Positions 8,372 through 16,782 of a stretch of 64,000 nucleotides of DNA are shown piece after piece; the stretch's first letter is position 1, and each line of letters opens with the position of its first letter. The notes below the pieces were generated by a model. It was not told the origin of the DNA. It saw nothing but the letters and a program-made list of their open reading frames with translations, and made no database searches. A program made the position numbers and the translations under genes. This DNA comes from Candidatus Levyibacteriota bacterium (GTDB lineage: Bacteria; Patescibacteriota; Microgenomatia; Levybacterales; UBA12049), in the NCBI GenBank assembly GCA_016182185.1, contig JACOXU010000001.1, forward strand, positions 466,915-530,914, given 5' to 3'.

Positions 8372-9124
8372 CTATTTCCTAGGAATTTCTACCAGAGGAA
8401 CCAACCTCAAGCGCGGAGAGACATAGTCAGGATTCCAGAAACCGCCATCGAAACCACGAGTCCCAGGCCAACGGCCCGCGATGGCACGGCTGGCACCTGG
8501 TTGATCATTTTCATATGTATCAGTCCATGTATAGTTGTATCCGTAATCTTTTCCGTGAACTCTTACGCCGGTCTTCTTAAAATGTTTTAAGGCAAGTTCA
8601 GGCCATTCCGGAAAATGACCAACTCTTGTAACAAGCCCTGCTCCGGTATAATCCCTTTCGACTTTCATTTTTCTTTCTTCAAGAAGAACCAATTGATCCT
8701 CATATGGAATATCTTGGCTTCCTTTCAGATAAAACTCGGCCGGGTCTTTTGAAAATGCCAGAAGCGCAGGCTCGGCTGTCAAATCTTCAAGAGTAGGATT
8801 TAAATACCAGTATTTCATTCCTTCTCCTCGCAGACTTGCCGGGGTTTTGCCTGAAGTTTCATAGACGGCGAATCCATCTTTCTCCATATGTTCAACCAAC
8901 TTTTGGATCTCAGGGGATAAAGGAGATCTGACAACTTCTACTCTTGTAGCCTGTACCGCCGCATTTTCAGGTCTTACTTGTGATCTGGGAACTGCAATCT
9001 CACCATAAGCCTCTCTCCAAGTTTTTGAAGCGGCTATAAGCGTTCTTGCGAGACCACTTTTCGCCTTATCAGTTTTATCTGATTTAATATTTTTTCTTAA
9101 CTCTCTTTCAAGAAACTGAGACAT
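8372..9124 (-). CDS. DGR target protein with C-terminal variable region (probable C-type-lectin-like fold)
   Basis: Its final codons contain the VR; YTWTDT...RAIAG...G.....W.P......LRLVPL resembles CLec-type DGR target ends; no signal peptide or TM helix evident. Confidence 0.9.
   Translation of the reverse strand: MSQFLERELRKNIKSDKTDKAKSGLARTLIAASKTWREAYGEIAVPRSQVRPENAAVQATRVEVVRSPLSPEIQKLVEHMEKDGFAVYETSGKTPASLRGEGMKYWYLNPTLEDLTAEPALLAFSKDPAEFYLKGSQDIPYEDQLVLLEERKMKVERDYTGAGLVTRVGHFPEWPELALKHFKKTGVRVHGKDYGYNYTWTDTYENDQPGASRAIAGRWPGTRGFDGGFWNPDYVSPRLRLVPLVEIPRK
8389..8500 (-). repeat. DGR variable repeat (VR)
   Basis: Encodes PGASRAIAGRWPGTRGFDGGFWNPDYVSPRLRLVPLV; 9 of the 10 TR Asn codons are replaced. 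Confidence 0.97.
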
Positions 9125-9132
9125 AATTACGC

Positions 9133-9162
9133 TTTATATCACAACTATAAGGTATTTGTCAA
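9133..9162 (-). promoter_or_regulatory. Putative promoter of the DGR target gene
   Basis: Minus strand TTGACA (9162-9157), 18 nt, TATAAA (9138-9133) with extended TG, 8 nt before ATG 9124. Confidence 0.6.
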
Positions 9163-9165
9163 CTA

Positions 9166-11481
9166 TTAATAGGTGTCTTTTCTGAAGCGTGGTCTTCTTT
9201 GAGGAAAACCTCCCCTACTACCTCTCTCTTGTGCTCTTTCTCTTTTGAACTGTCTTGCCAACGGATGTTCTTCTACAGGAGGTCGTCTTTGAAAACTTTT
9301 ATCTTCGTGTCCATGTCTTTCAGGACGTACGCCGCCAGAACTCTGAGAGGCTGGACGCTGACGATCTCGACCCTGTGCCTGTTCACCAAATAGCATTGAC
9401 AGATTTAATCTGCCCTGTTCATCTTTTTCTAACACTCTTACTTTTACTTTTTGCCCGATCGATACCACGTCATTTGGATTTTTGACAAACTCTGTGGACA
9501 TTTGTGAAACATGAACCATTCCCTCTTTGCCTGGCAGCATCTCTACAAATACACCAAAAGGCAGAATTCGTTTTACTTCTCCTTCAAATTCTTCCCCCGG
9601 AACAATCTCTTTAGTTAATCCCTGCACCCATTCAACTGCTTTTTGAACTGCTTCCTCTGTGGTACCTGATATTGCCACAGATCCATCATCTTCAACATCT
9701 ACAGTTGCTCCCGTTTGAGAAATAATATTTCTTATGGTTTTTCCTCCCGGACCAATTACTTCTCCGATTTTCTCAACGGGGATATGGATAAGTTCGATTT
9801 TGGGAGCATATTGGGAAACTTCTCCCCTTGATTTTGGCATAACAGAAAGCATTTTTTCCAAAATTGAAAGGCGGGCAATTTTTGCTTTTTCAAGTGTTTC
9901 TCTTATCTGATCTATAGTTAAGCCTGATGATTTTACATCCAGCTGAATTGCCGTGACTCCCTGTGTCGACCCTGCAACTTTAAAGTCCATATCGCCTGAA
10001 AAATCCTCAAGCCCTAAAATATCAGTCAATATAAGATAGTTTTTCTCATCGGACATCATACCCATTGCGATTCCTGAAACAGGATTTTTTATAGGAACTC
10101 CTGCATCCATAAGCGCTAATGTTGAGCCACAGGTTGCGGCCATAGAAGTTGACCCGTTGGATGATAAAACTTCTGTAACCACTCTAATTGTATAGGGAAA
10201 TACCTCCTGTTTTGGAATAACTGCCAGAAGTGCCCGCTCGGCCAAAGATCCATGCCCGATTTCACGTCTTGAAGGAAATCCGACTCTTCCTGTCTCTCCC
10301 ACAGAATAAGGAGGCATTGAATAATGATGCATATAACTTTTTGTTTCTTCTCCTCCTGCAGATTCAACTAACTGCTCAAGCTTCGGGGAGCCCAATGTAG
10401 CAACTGTTAATGCCTGCGTATCTCCTCTTTGGAAAATTGCTGATCCATGAGTTCTTGGAAGAATAGAAACATGGGAACTTATCTGACGAACCTCATCAAT
10501 TCCGCGGCCATCAGGCCTTTTCTTGCTTTTTATAATATTACTTTTTATAATCTTGAAGAGCACCGTCTCAACTCCCTTTGCTACTAATTTTTTGTCGATT
10601 TCCATATCAGGATTTGCCATTTTTTCTTCTTCAAAAATCTTATTGATCAAATCACTTGAAGATGAATTTGATTCTTTTCCGGCTCTTTCGGGAATCAGAG
10701 CTGAGATTTCGTCTTTATATGTTTTTTCCAGTCTTTGGATAAGTTCAAAAAGATTCGTATTTGGAGAAACTGCCTCTTTCTTTGCTCCTGTTTTTTTTAC
10801 AAAATCCTCTATCAAGCCAATTATTTTTTTGTTTTCTTCACTTGCCTTACCGATTGCCTCAAGGATAATATTCTCTCCGATTTCCAAAGCTCCCGCCTCA
10901 AGCATGAGAGTTTTTTCTTTCGTCTGGGTAACTACCAGATCAAGTTCTGAAAATTCAGTCTCTGCTATTCCGGAGTTTATAATGTATTCTGTATTTCCGT
11001 TGTCTTTTTCTTTTATAAAACCTACTCTTGTTGCTCCAATCGGGCCGTTCCACGGAACAGGAGAGATAGAAAGCGCCGCTGATGTAGCAATTATTGATAA
11101 GATATCGGGTTCATTTTCTCCATCTACAGATAAAACAGTCACAACTATCTGAACTTCTTTTTTGTATTCTTTTGGGAATAGAGGTCTTATTGAGCGGTCG
11201 ATAAGCCGTGCCGTGAGTATAGCATCGTCACTTGGCCTTCCTTCTCTTTTGACCCAGCGGCTTCCTTTTATTCTCCCGCCGGCATAAAGCCTTTCTACAT
11301 ATTCAACCGTAAGGGGAAAATAATCTATATCTTCCCTCTCTTTTCCTGCCACAAGGGTTACTAATACCATTGTATCCCCGAGTCTTCCGAGAATTGATGA
11401 TGTTGCCTGTTTCGCAAGTTCTCCGGTTTCAAGCGTGAGTGTCTTTCCGGCTAATTCTAAACTAACTGAGGTTTTATTCAT
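9166..11481 (-). CDS. pnp: Polyribonucleotide nucleotidyltransferase (PNPase)
   Basis: ETGELAKQA, YFPLTVEY, RLIDRSIRPLF, RREIGHG, SNGSTSMA, GDMDFKVAG, KH and S1 domains. Confidence 0.98.
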   Translation of the reverse strand: MNKTSVSLELAGKTLTLETGELAKQATSSILGRLGDTMVLVTLVAGKEREDIDYFPLTVEYVERLYAGGRIKGSRWVKREGRPSDDAILTARLIDRSIRPLFPKEYKKEVQIVVTVLSVDGENEPDILSIIATSAALSISPVPWNGPIGATRVGFIKEKDNGNTEYIINSGIAETEFSELDLVVTQTKEKTLMLEAGALEIGENIILEAIGKASEENKKIIGLIEDFVKKTGAKKEAVSPNTNLFELIQRLEKTYKDEISALIPERAGKESNSSSSDLINKIFEEEKMANPDMEIDKKLVAKGVETVLFKIIKSNIIKSKKRPDGRGIDEVRQISSHVSILPRTHGSAIFQRGDTQALTVATLGSPKLEQLVESAGGEETKSYMHHYSMPPYSVGETGRVGFPSRREIGHGSLAERALLAVIPKQEVFPYTIRVVTEVLSSNGSTSMAATCGSTLALMDAGVPIKNPVSGIAMGMMSDEKNYLILTDILGLEDFSGDMDFKVAGSTQGVTAIQLDVKSSGLTIDQIRETLEKAKIARLSILEKMLSVMPKSRGEVSQYAPKIELIHIPVEKIGEVIGPGGKTIRNIISQTGATVDVEDDGSVAISGTTEEAVQKAVEWVQGLTKEIVPGEEFEGEVKRILPFGVFVEMLPGKEGMVHVSQMSTEFVKNPNDVVSIGQKVKVRVLEKDEQGRLNLSMLFGEQAQGRDRQRPASQSSGGVRPERHGHEDKSFQRRPPVEEHPLARQFKRERAQERGSRGGFPQRRPRFRKDTY

Positions 11482-11751
11482 TTAATCCTTTAAGTTGAGA
11501 TTCTTCAACATTCCAGTGTGGCGGGTCTTATCTATACCCTTTAAGAAATTGATAAGTCTTCTCCTTTTTGCGATCATCGAAAGAAGGCCGCGCCTTGAAT
11601 GAATGTCATGAATGTGCTGCTTGAGATGACCTGTTAATCTTTCAATGCGGCTTGATAAAAGTGCAATCTGTACCTCAGGGCTGCCTGTATCTCCTGCTCC
11701 CGTTTGAAATTTTTTAATGATTTCCTGTTTTTGCGTTGAACTTAATGACAT
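11482..11751 (-). CDS. rpsO: 30S ribosomal protein S15
   Basis: DTGSPEVQIALL, HLKQHIHDIHSRRGLL; rpsO-pnp synteny. Confidence 0.97.
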   Translation of the reverse strand: MSLSSTQKQEIIKKFQTGAGDTGSPEVQIALLSSRIERLTGHLKQHIHDIHSRRGLLSMIAKRRRLINFLKGIDKTRHTGMLKNLNLKD

Positions 11752-11815
11752 AGAAACTAATTATAGCAATTTTTTAAATCCATCTCAAGATCGAATTCTT
11801 ATCAATCGAGGTTGA

Positions 11816-12760
11816 TTAAATATTTGTTGAGCCTTTATAGATCTTAGGCGTTAGCCATTCCATGGGAGGATTTTTTTTGGGTTTCCCTATGTTGCGAGTC
11901 TGATCCTGGGGAGGATTTTTTCTGTCTCTTCTTTCCTCTCGTCTTGCTTCTTGAAATCCTGGAGTTTTTTGAGGAGCAAAAATCGAAGACTCCTCTTCTG
12001 GCATATTTTCAGCTCTAACAGATTGTTCTACGTTCTTTCTCCTGGCGCCTTTTTTCAGAAGGTTTGCCGCCATTTCAAAGGCCAAGGAGCTTGTTCTTGG
12101 ATTTTGAAACGAAGAAGTGGCATCTTCTATCCCCAATAATAAGTTTTGCGCAATATCCGGATCCATGGGAAAGTTAAGAGATAACATAAGATCGGCAACT
12201 TTTTCAGAAACCGATGAAAATGAGGAGCTTGCCAAAACTATATCACCAAATCCTTGGTTGTCAGCTTTGTTATCAATATTTACAACGGCGGTATCCTTGA
12301 AAGCATGAGGGTCAAAAATCTTCTCAAGATCTGACAAACGAGGCGTGCCTACAACAAAAAGTAAATCCGGATTACCACTTGATCTTTTGAAGACTACATC
12401 CTTTTCGCTAAATGAGAGCCCTTCTTCGCCTGCCTTGACAATGATATTTAAGAATCCGTCCTCAAGAGTATATGAAATTTTCTCGATCTCACCTTCTTGA
12501 TATGGAAAAGAAACTGTCATATCGCCCGCTGCTTCATCAAAGCTTGATTTTACTCGATCAATTCCAAAGATCACCGAATGTTGAACTAGAGTCTCTGCTG
12601 GGCTTGCAATCGAAACATTCTTACCTTGCTTTTCCAAAGACAAATAAAGAGCCAGGGCTCCTGCCAAATCATCAATTTGGAGGGTTTTGCCCACGGCAAT
12701 TCCTATTTTGTTGGCTTTATTTATATAATCGTTGATCTGTTCAAACATTTTTTGATCCAA
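11816..12760 (-). CDS. DHH/NrnA-like phosphoesterase homologue with degenerate motifs
   Basis: Fold-like segments (DDLAGALAL, VVNIDNK in place of IDHH, SSVSE, AQNLLLGI); located after infB as nrnA often is. Confidence 0.6.
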   Translation of the reverse strand: MDQKMFEQINDYINKANKIGIAVGKTLQIDDLAGALALYLSLEKQGKNVSIASPAETLVQHSVIFGIDRVKSSFDEAAGDMTVSFPYQEGEIEKISYTLEDGFLNIIVKAGEEGLSFSEKDVVFKRSSGNPDLLFVVGTPRLSDLEKIFDPHAFKDTAVVNIDNKADNQGFGDIVLASSSFSSVSEKVADLMLSLNFPMDPDIAQNLLLGIEDATSSFQNPRTSSLAFEMAANLLKKGARRKNVEQSVRAENMPEEESSIFAPQKTPGFQEARREERRDRKNPPQDQTRNIGKPKKNPPMEWLTPKIYKGSTNI

Positions 12761-12777
12761 CTTCTTTAGCTATGAAA

Positions 12778-14322
12778 TTATTCATGAGATACTAACATAT
12801 CTCCTATAGTAAAGTCAAGGAGAGGAGACAGTATTACTCCTGCCTCACTTCCCTTCTCGGCTTTTGAAACCTGAGTTTTACCTTGACGAACTGAGGTTAT
12901 AGTACTTTCGCCAATTATGTCTTCTCCTCTTATTAACCTTGTTTTATCTCCCCTTGCTATTCTTCCATCTACAACTTTTACTCCAAGAGCTTTTGTTTTC
13001 TCAAACGGAAATGAAGCCAGAATTTTTGCGGTGCCAAAGATTTCTTCCTGGGCGGAAATCTGTTTTCCCTCAAGAACATCTTTTAATTCATCTATCAGTT
13101 CGTAAATTAATGAATAATTCTTTGCGAGTATTTTCTCGGTTTTGGCAAGCTTGAGAATATCAGGCTTTATTTTTATGTTAAATCCTAAGACTAATGCCTT
13201 GATCGATTTGGCAAAAATAATATCTGCCGGTGTAATGTCTCCTGTTTTTTGTTTGGCAACGTTTATTTCAGGCGGAAGTGCATTTATGATTGCCTCAAGC
13301 GATCCTAACGTGTCTGCGCAAAGAACAATAGATAAAATTGGTTCTTCTTTTTCAAAAAAATTAAGCGGGGAGCTTGCAAAATTTTCTTCGCGAGTATTTG
13401 CGCCGGATGCGCCTTGATTTACAGAGGAAACCTTACCCGCGTTACGAGCGGGAAAATTCTTGGAAGCGACCTCAGCTTGTCCTTTCTTTATAACTAACGA
13501 TCCAACTTGCGGAGCTTTATCAAATCCCAAAACTTCGACTGCATCTCCAATAGATGCGCTATTTAACCGTTCTCCTTGATCATTTATAAGAGATCTTACT
13601 CGACCATTTATATCTGCGCACACAATTTCATCTCTTACATTCAAAATTCCGTTTTTTATGACTACGGTAGCAAGAGGACCTGATTTTGAATCTTGCTTTG
13701 ACTCTATAATAACGCCTCTAAGCAAATTGTCCGATATTTGAGGCTTCTCTCTCATTTCAAAAACAAGCGATATTAATCCCAAAAGTTCTTTGATATTTGC
13801 ATCTGTCTTGGCACTAACTTCAATGACCGGTATGTCTCCTCCATAGCCTTCGACTTTAATATCTTCTTTAAGCAATTGTTGTTTTACCTTTTCAGGATTT
13901 TTCTCAGGCAGATCGGATTTGGTCAGAACTACAATAAAAGGGACCTGAGCCTCTTTAAGAATCTCGATACTTTCTTTTGTTTGCGGCTTGACACCATCAA
14001 CTGATGAAATTATCAAAAGCCCTATGTCTGCGACCTGGGCTCCTCTGCCCCGCATTTTTGAAAACGCTTCGTGTCCCGGAGTATCAATAAAAGTTATATA
14101 TTTTTTATTTCCGCCCTCAATAAATTCAATTTTTGATGCTCCAATTTTTTGTGTAATACCGCCGGATTCTCTTTGGGCTACATTTGTCTTTCTGATGGCA
14201 TCAAGAAGAGTCGTTTTGCCATGATCGACATGACCCAAAACCGCTAGGACCGGAGGAAATTCCGGGGTGAGCTTAATTGGAGTTGATTTTGAGCTGATAA
14301 TTTTTTTGTTGTCTTTACGCAT
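12778..14322 (-). CDS. infB: Translation initiation factor IF-2 (short form)
   Basis: GHVDHGKTTLLD, GGITQ, FIDTPGHEAF, SAKT; follows nusA. Confidence 0.97.
   Translation of the reverse strand: MRKDNKKIISSKSTPIKLTPEFPPVLAVLGHVDHGKTTLLDAIRKTNVAQRESGGITQKIGASKIEFIEGGNKKYITFIDTPGHEAFSKMRGRGAQVADIGLLIISSVDGVKPQTKESIEILKEAQVPFIVVLTKSDLPEKNPEKVKQQLLKEDIKVEGYGGDIPVIEVSAKTDANIKELLGLISLVFEMREKPQISDNLLRGVIIESKQDSKSGPLATVVIKNGILNVRDEIVCADINGRVRSLINDQGERLNSASIGDAVEVLGFDKAPQVGSLVIKKGQAEVASKNFPARNAGKVSSVNQGASGANTREENFASSPLNFFEKEEPILSIVLCADTLGSLEAIINALPPEINVAKQKTGDITPADIIFAKSIKALVLGFNIKIKPDILKLAKTEKILAKNYSLIYELIDELKDVLEGKQISAQEEIFGTAKILASFPFEKTKALGVKVVDGRIARGDKTRLIRGEDIIGESTITSVRQGKTQVSKAEKGSEAGVILSPLLDFTIGDMLVSHE
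13365..13476. repeat. Dispersed ~110-bp inverted-repeat element, copy inside infB
   Basis: Begins GCGGGGAGCTTGCAAAATTTTC (22 nt identical to 28661-28682) and ends GAAAATTCTTGGAAGCGACCTCAGC, similar to 28745-28768. Confidence 0.85.
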
Positions 14323-14330
14323 ATTCCTGA

Positions 14331-14469
14331 TTCAAATTCTAAATTCGAATATCTAAATCCTAAATAAATTCCAATTTTAAAATTTCCAAATTTCCTAAAC
14401 ATAGGTTTTGGATTTTGTTTTTCGGTTATTTAAATTTATTTGTGATTTGCGATTTGGAAATTGAAATTT
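14331..14469. repeat. Heptamer-periodic imperfect palindrome between nusA and infB
   Basis: Left arm of (C/T)AAATTC/TAAATCC-like units, right arm of GATTTG/GAAATTG units. Confidence 0.75.
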
Positions 14470-15571
14470 ATCCCTTTTCATTTTTCTTTGATTTTACTTC
14501 AGCTTTTTTAGCCTTTGCCTTCTTGACTGCTTCTCTTACTTTTGGTTCTTCTTTTTCTTCTACCCCTTTGCCCGCCAGCTTGTCCGTCGAAACTTTAGTG
14601 GAGTCGGAAGCTTCAGCGGCGGTGGATTCGCCCTCAATTTCAATCCTGTAATCAGTCAGTTTTGAAGCAAGTCGAACATTCTGACCGTCTTTGCCAATTG
14701 CAAGCGAGAGCTCATCATTTGGAACAAATACATGGGCTGTTTCTCCTTCCTCATCTACTTCTACTCTTACATGTTTGGCAGGAGAAAGTGCTTGGGCAAT
14801 ATATTCCTTTGGATTTTCTTGCCATTGGATGATATCAATTTTTTCAAGTCCTCCAAATTCCTGAATAATCGCCTGAACTCTCACTCCTTTCTGTCCGACA
14901 CAGCTTCCGACCGGATCAATTCCTGATTGACCTGAGTATACTGCGACTTTACTTCGGCTACCAGGTTCTCTCACGATATTTTTTATCTCAACATTTCCCT
15001 GGGCGACTTCTGGAACTTCTCTTTTGAAAAGCCCAGCCAGTAGGCCGTTACTTGCTCTTGACGCGATAATCTCTTCACCCTTGAGCCCCTCTCTTATTTC
15101 TGAAAGATAAACTGTCAATCTTTGATTAAGAAAGTACTTTTCGTTTGGAATTTGTTCTGTAATGGGCATTATTGCCTCGGTTTTGCCTATATCCAAAATT
15201 ATATTTGGGCCGGCAAATCTAAGTATCATTCCATTGATGACAGTTCCGATTCTCGTCCTGTAATCTGTGAGAATAGCCTCTTTTTCCTTTTCTCTGATCT
15301 TCTGAAGAATGACTTGCTTGGCAGTCTGAGCAGCAATTCTTCCAAAACCAGGCGGAGTAACGTCTTTGTCTTTGAGAAATATTTTTGCCTCACCGGTATT
15401 TTTGTCCAAACTTGCAGAATAATCCTCGATTTCAATTCCCGGATGGTCTTTTTTGTAAGCTGCAAGAATTGCATTTTCAACCGTGTCCAAAACCACAGAA
15501 ACATCAACGCCGCGTTCATTGGCGACCTGATTAAGTGCAAGCGCAAATTCACTTCTCTGCAAAGCTGGCAT
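14468..15571 (-). CDS. nusA: Transcription termination/antitermination factor NusA
   Basis: FGRIAAQTAKQVILQKIRE, REPGSRSKVAV, DPVGSCVGQKGVR, LSLAIGKDGQNVRLA. Confidence 0.98.
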   Translation of the reverse strand: MPALQRSEFALALNQVANERGVDVSVVLDTVENAILAAYKKDHPGIEIEDYSASLDKNTGEAKIFLKDKDVTPPGFGRIAAQTAKQVILQKIREKEKEAILTDYRTRIGTVINGMILRFAGPNIILDIGKTEAIMPITEQIPNEKYFLNQRLTVYLSEIREGLKGEEIIASRASNGLLAGLFKREVPEVAQGNVEIKNIVREPGSRSKVAVYSGQSGIDPVGSCVGQKGVRVQAIIQEFGGLEKIDIIQWQENPKEYIAQALSPAKHVRVEVDEEGETAHVFVPNDELSLAIGKDGQNVRLASKLTDYRIEIEGESTAAEASDSTKVSTDKLAGKGVEEKEEPKVREAVKKAKAKKAEVKSKKNEKG

Positions 15572-15738
15572 AATATTTCAGGAGGTTGGAGTTAAAGAAG
15601 GCAAATAATAAATAAACTGTTCATTAAAATCTTCAAATCCTACTTCCTGTTTGTAGAGTATACCAAATTTGCCTCAATCTAGCAACGATTCAAAGCATTG
15701 ACTTTTTTAAAAGTTGGGAATAAAATGGTTCTAATTAT

Positions 15739-16782
15739 ATGGCAGCACCATTTGCAGATAGACTAAGAGGAAAACCAACGGAAGCCGAACAGCAACGAGA
15801 ACAAACTAAAAATCTTTTTAATGAAATAACTGAACTTGCTCCGCAAGCAGGTAATGATTATTACGTATCTTCTTCTTTAGCTAAAAGTTTAATTTCTTCC
15901 TCAGTGTTTGGAGGCGCTGCAAGAATTGCTGCTGATTCTCTGAATTTAAAAGAAACAGACTTGTTGTATATATCTTGGGATCCCAATAGATGGCCCGGCA
16001 CTCTTTTAATCCATAATAATAGTAATGGAACAAGAGACTTTGCTGTAGATTTTGACCGAAAAACATTCAAGATGGAAGGCGTCAGAATAGAGAACAAACC
16101 ATTTCATAATAACGACCAATCCGTTTTAAATGGTCTGCTTGAGTCCATTAGAGATGACCTCGTTAAGAGAAGAGGGCAATGGAAGCATGATTTAGGAAAG
16201 CAACGTCGTGAATTTGTTGAAAGACTTGATCTTCAAGAAGCCTTAGTTTTAACTCGTGTCATGGATTCACTAGCTGATACGTTTTTGGATACTTGTAACT
16301 ACTCGATATTTGGAGTTGTTGAAAATAAAGACGGAGAAGATAGTACGACCAAAAACAAAGATCAGACAAAAGTACTTAGATTATTCGTCACAGAACCAAT
16401 AACAGAAGAAGTAGCGGTCAAAGTTTCCAGAGACATTGATGATAATTCAGTAATTGATAGTTATTATGTAAATAAATTAAATCAACCACCCATCACTAGC
16501 TCTACGATAGACACTAGAATGTTGGTGCTACGTTATTCAGATTTTCAAGTTCAAGTTGAAAATTTCTGGCCCGCAACTAATAGAGACAACCATACAATTC
16601 TTGACAGATCGATCACAGAAAGATTTTTTGAAGCATTCCTAGAAGGTCACGGGCAAGCAATCCGTCCTCTAAGTTCTGCTCAGGATTCAGTTCTTTTAGA
16701 ACAATGGGTAGATTTTGAAGATTTCTTTGATACCGAGATCAATGAAACACCTAATGCGCCTAAGAGTCCTGTGACCGCATAG
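15739..16782 (+). CDS. Hypothetical protein
   Basis: 347-aa ORF with its own promoter-like TTGACT-17-TAAAAT upstream; no motif recognised. Confidence 0.7.
   Translation: MAAPFADRLRGKPTEAEQQREQTKNLFNEITELAPQAGNDYYVSSSLAKSLISSSVFGGAARIAADSLNLKETDLLYISWDPNRWPGTLLIHNNSNGTRDFAVDFDRKTFKMEGVRIENKPFHNNDQSVLNGLLESIRDDLVKRRGQWKHDLGKQRREFVERLDLQEALVLTRVMDSLADTFLDTCNYSIFGVVENKDGEDSTTKNKDQTKVLRLFVTEPITEEVAVKVSRDIDDNSVIDSYYVNKLNQPPITSSTIDTRMLVLRYSDFQVQVENFWPATNRDNHTILDRSITERFFEAFLEGHGQAIRPLSSAQDSVLLEQWVDFEDFFDTEINETPNAPKSPVTA

Larger units (their letters stand above)
6579..9162 (-). mobile_element. Diversity-generating retroelement cassette: target gene(VR) - hairpin - TR - antisense avd - RT
   Basis: Co-located RT, Avd-like ORF and a TR/VR pair with exclusively adenine-specific mismatches. 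Confidence 0.97.
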
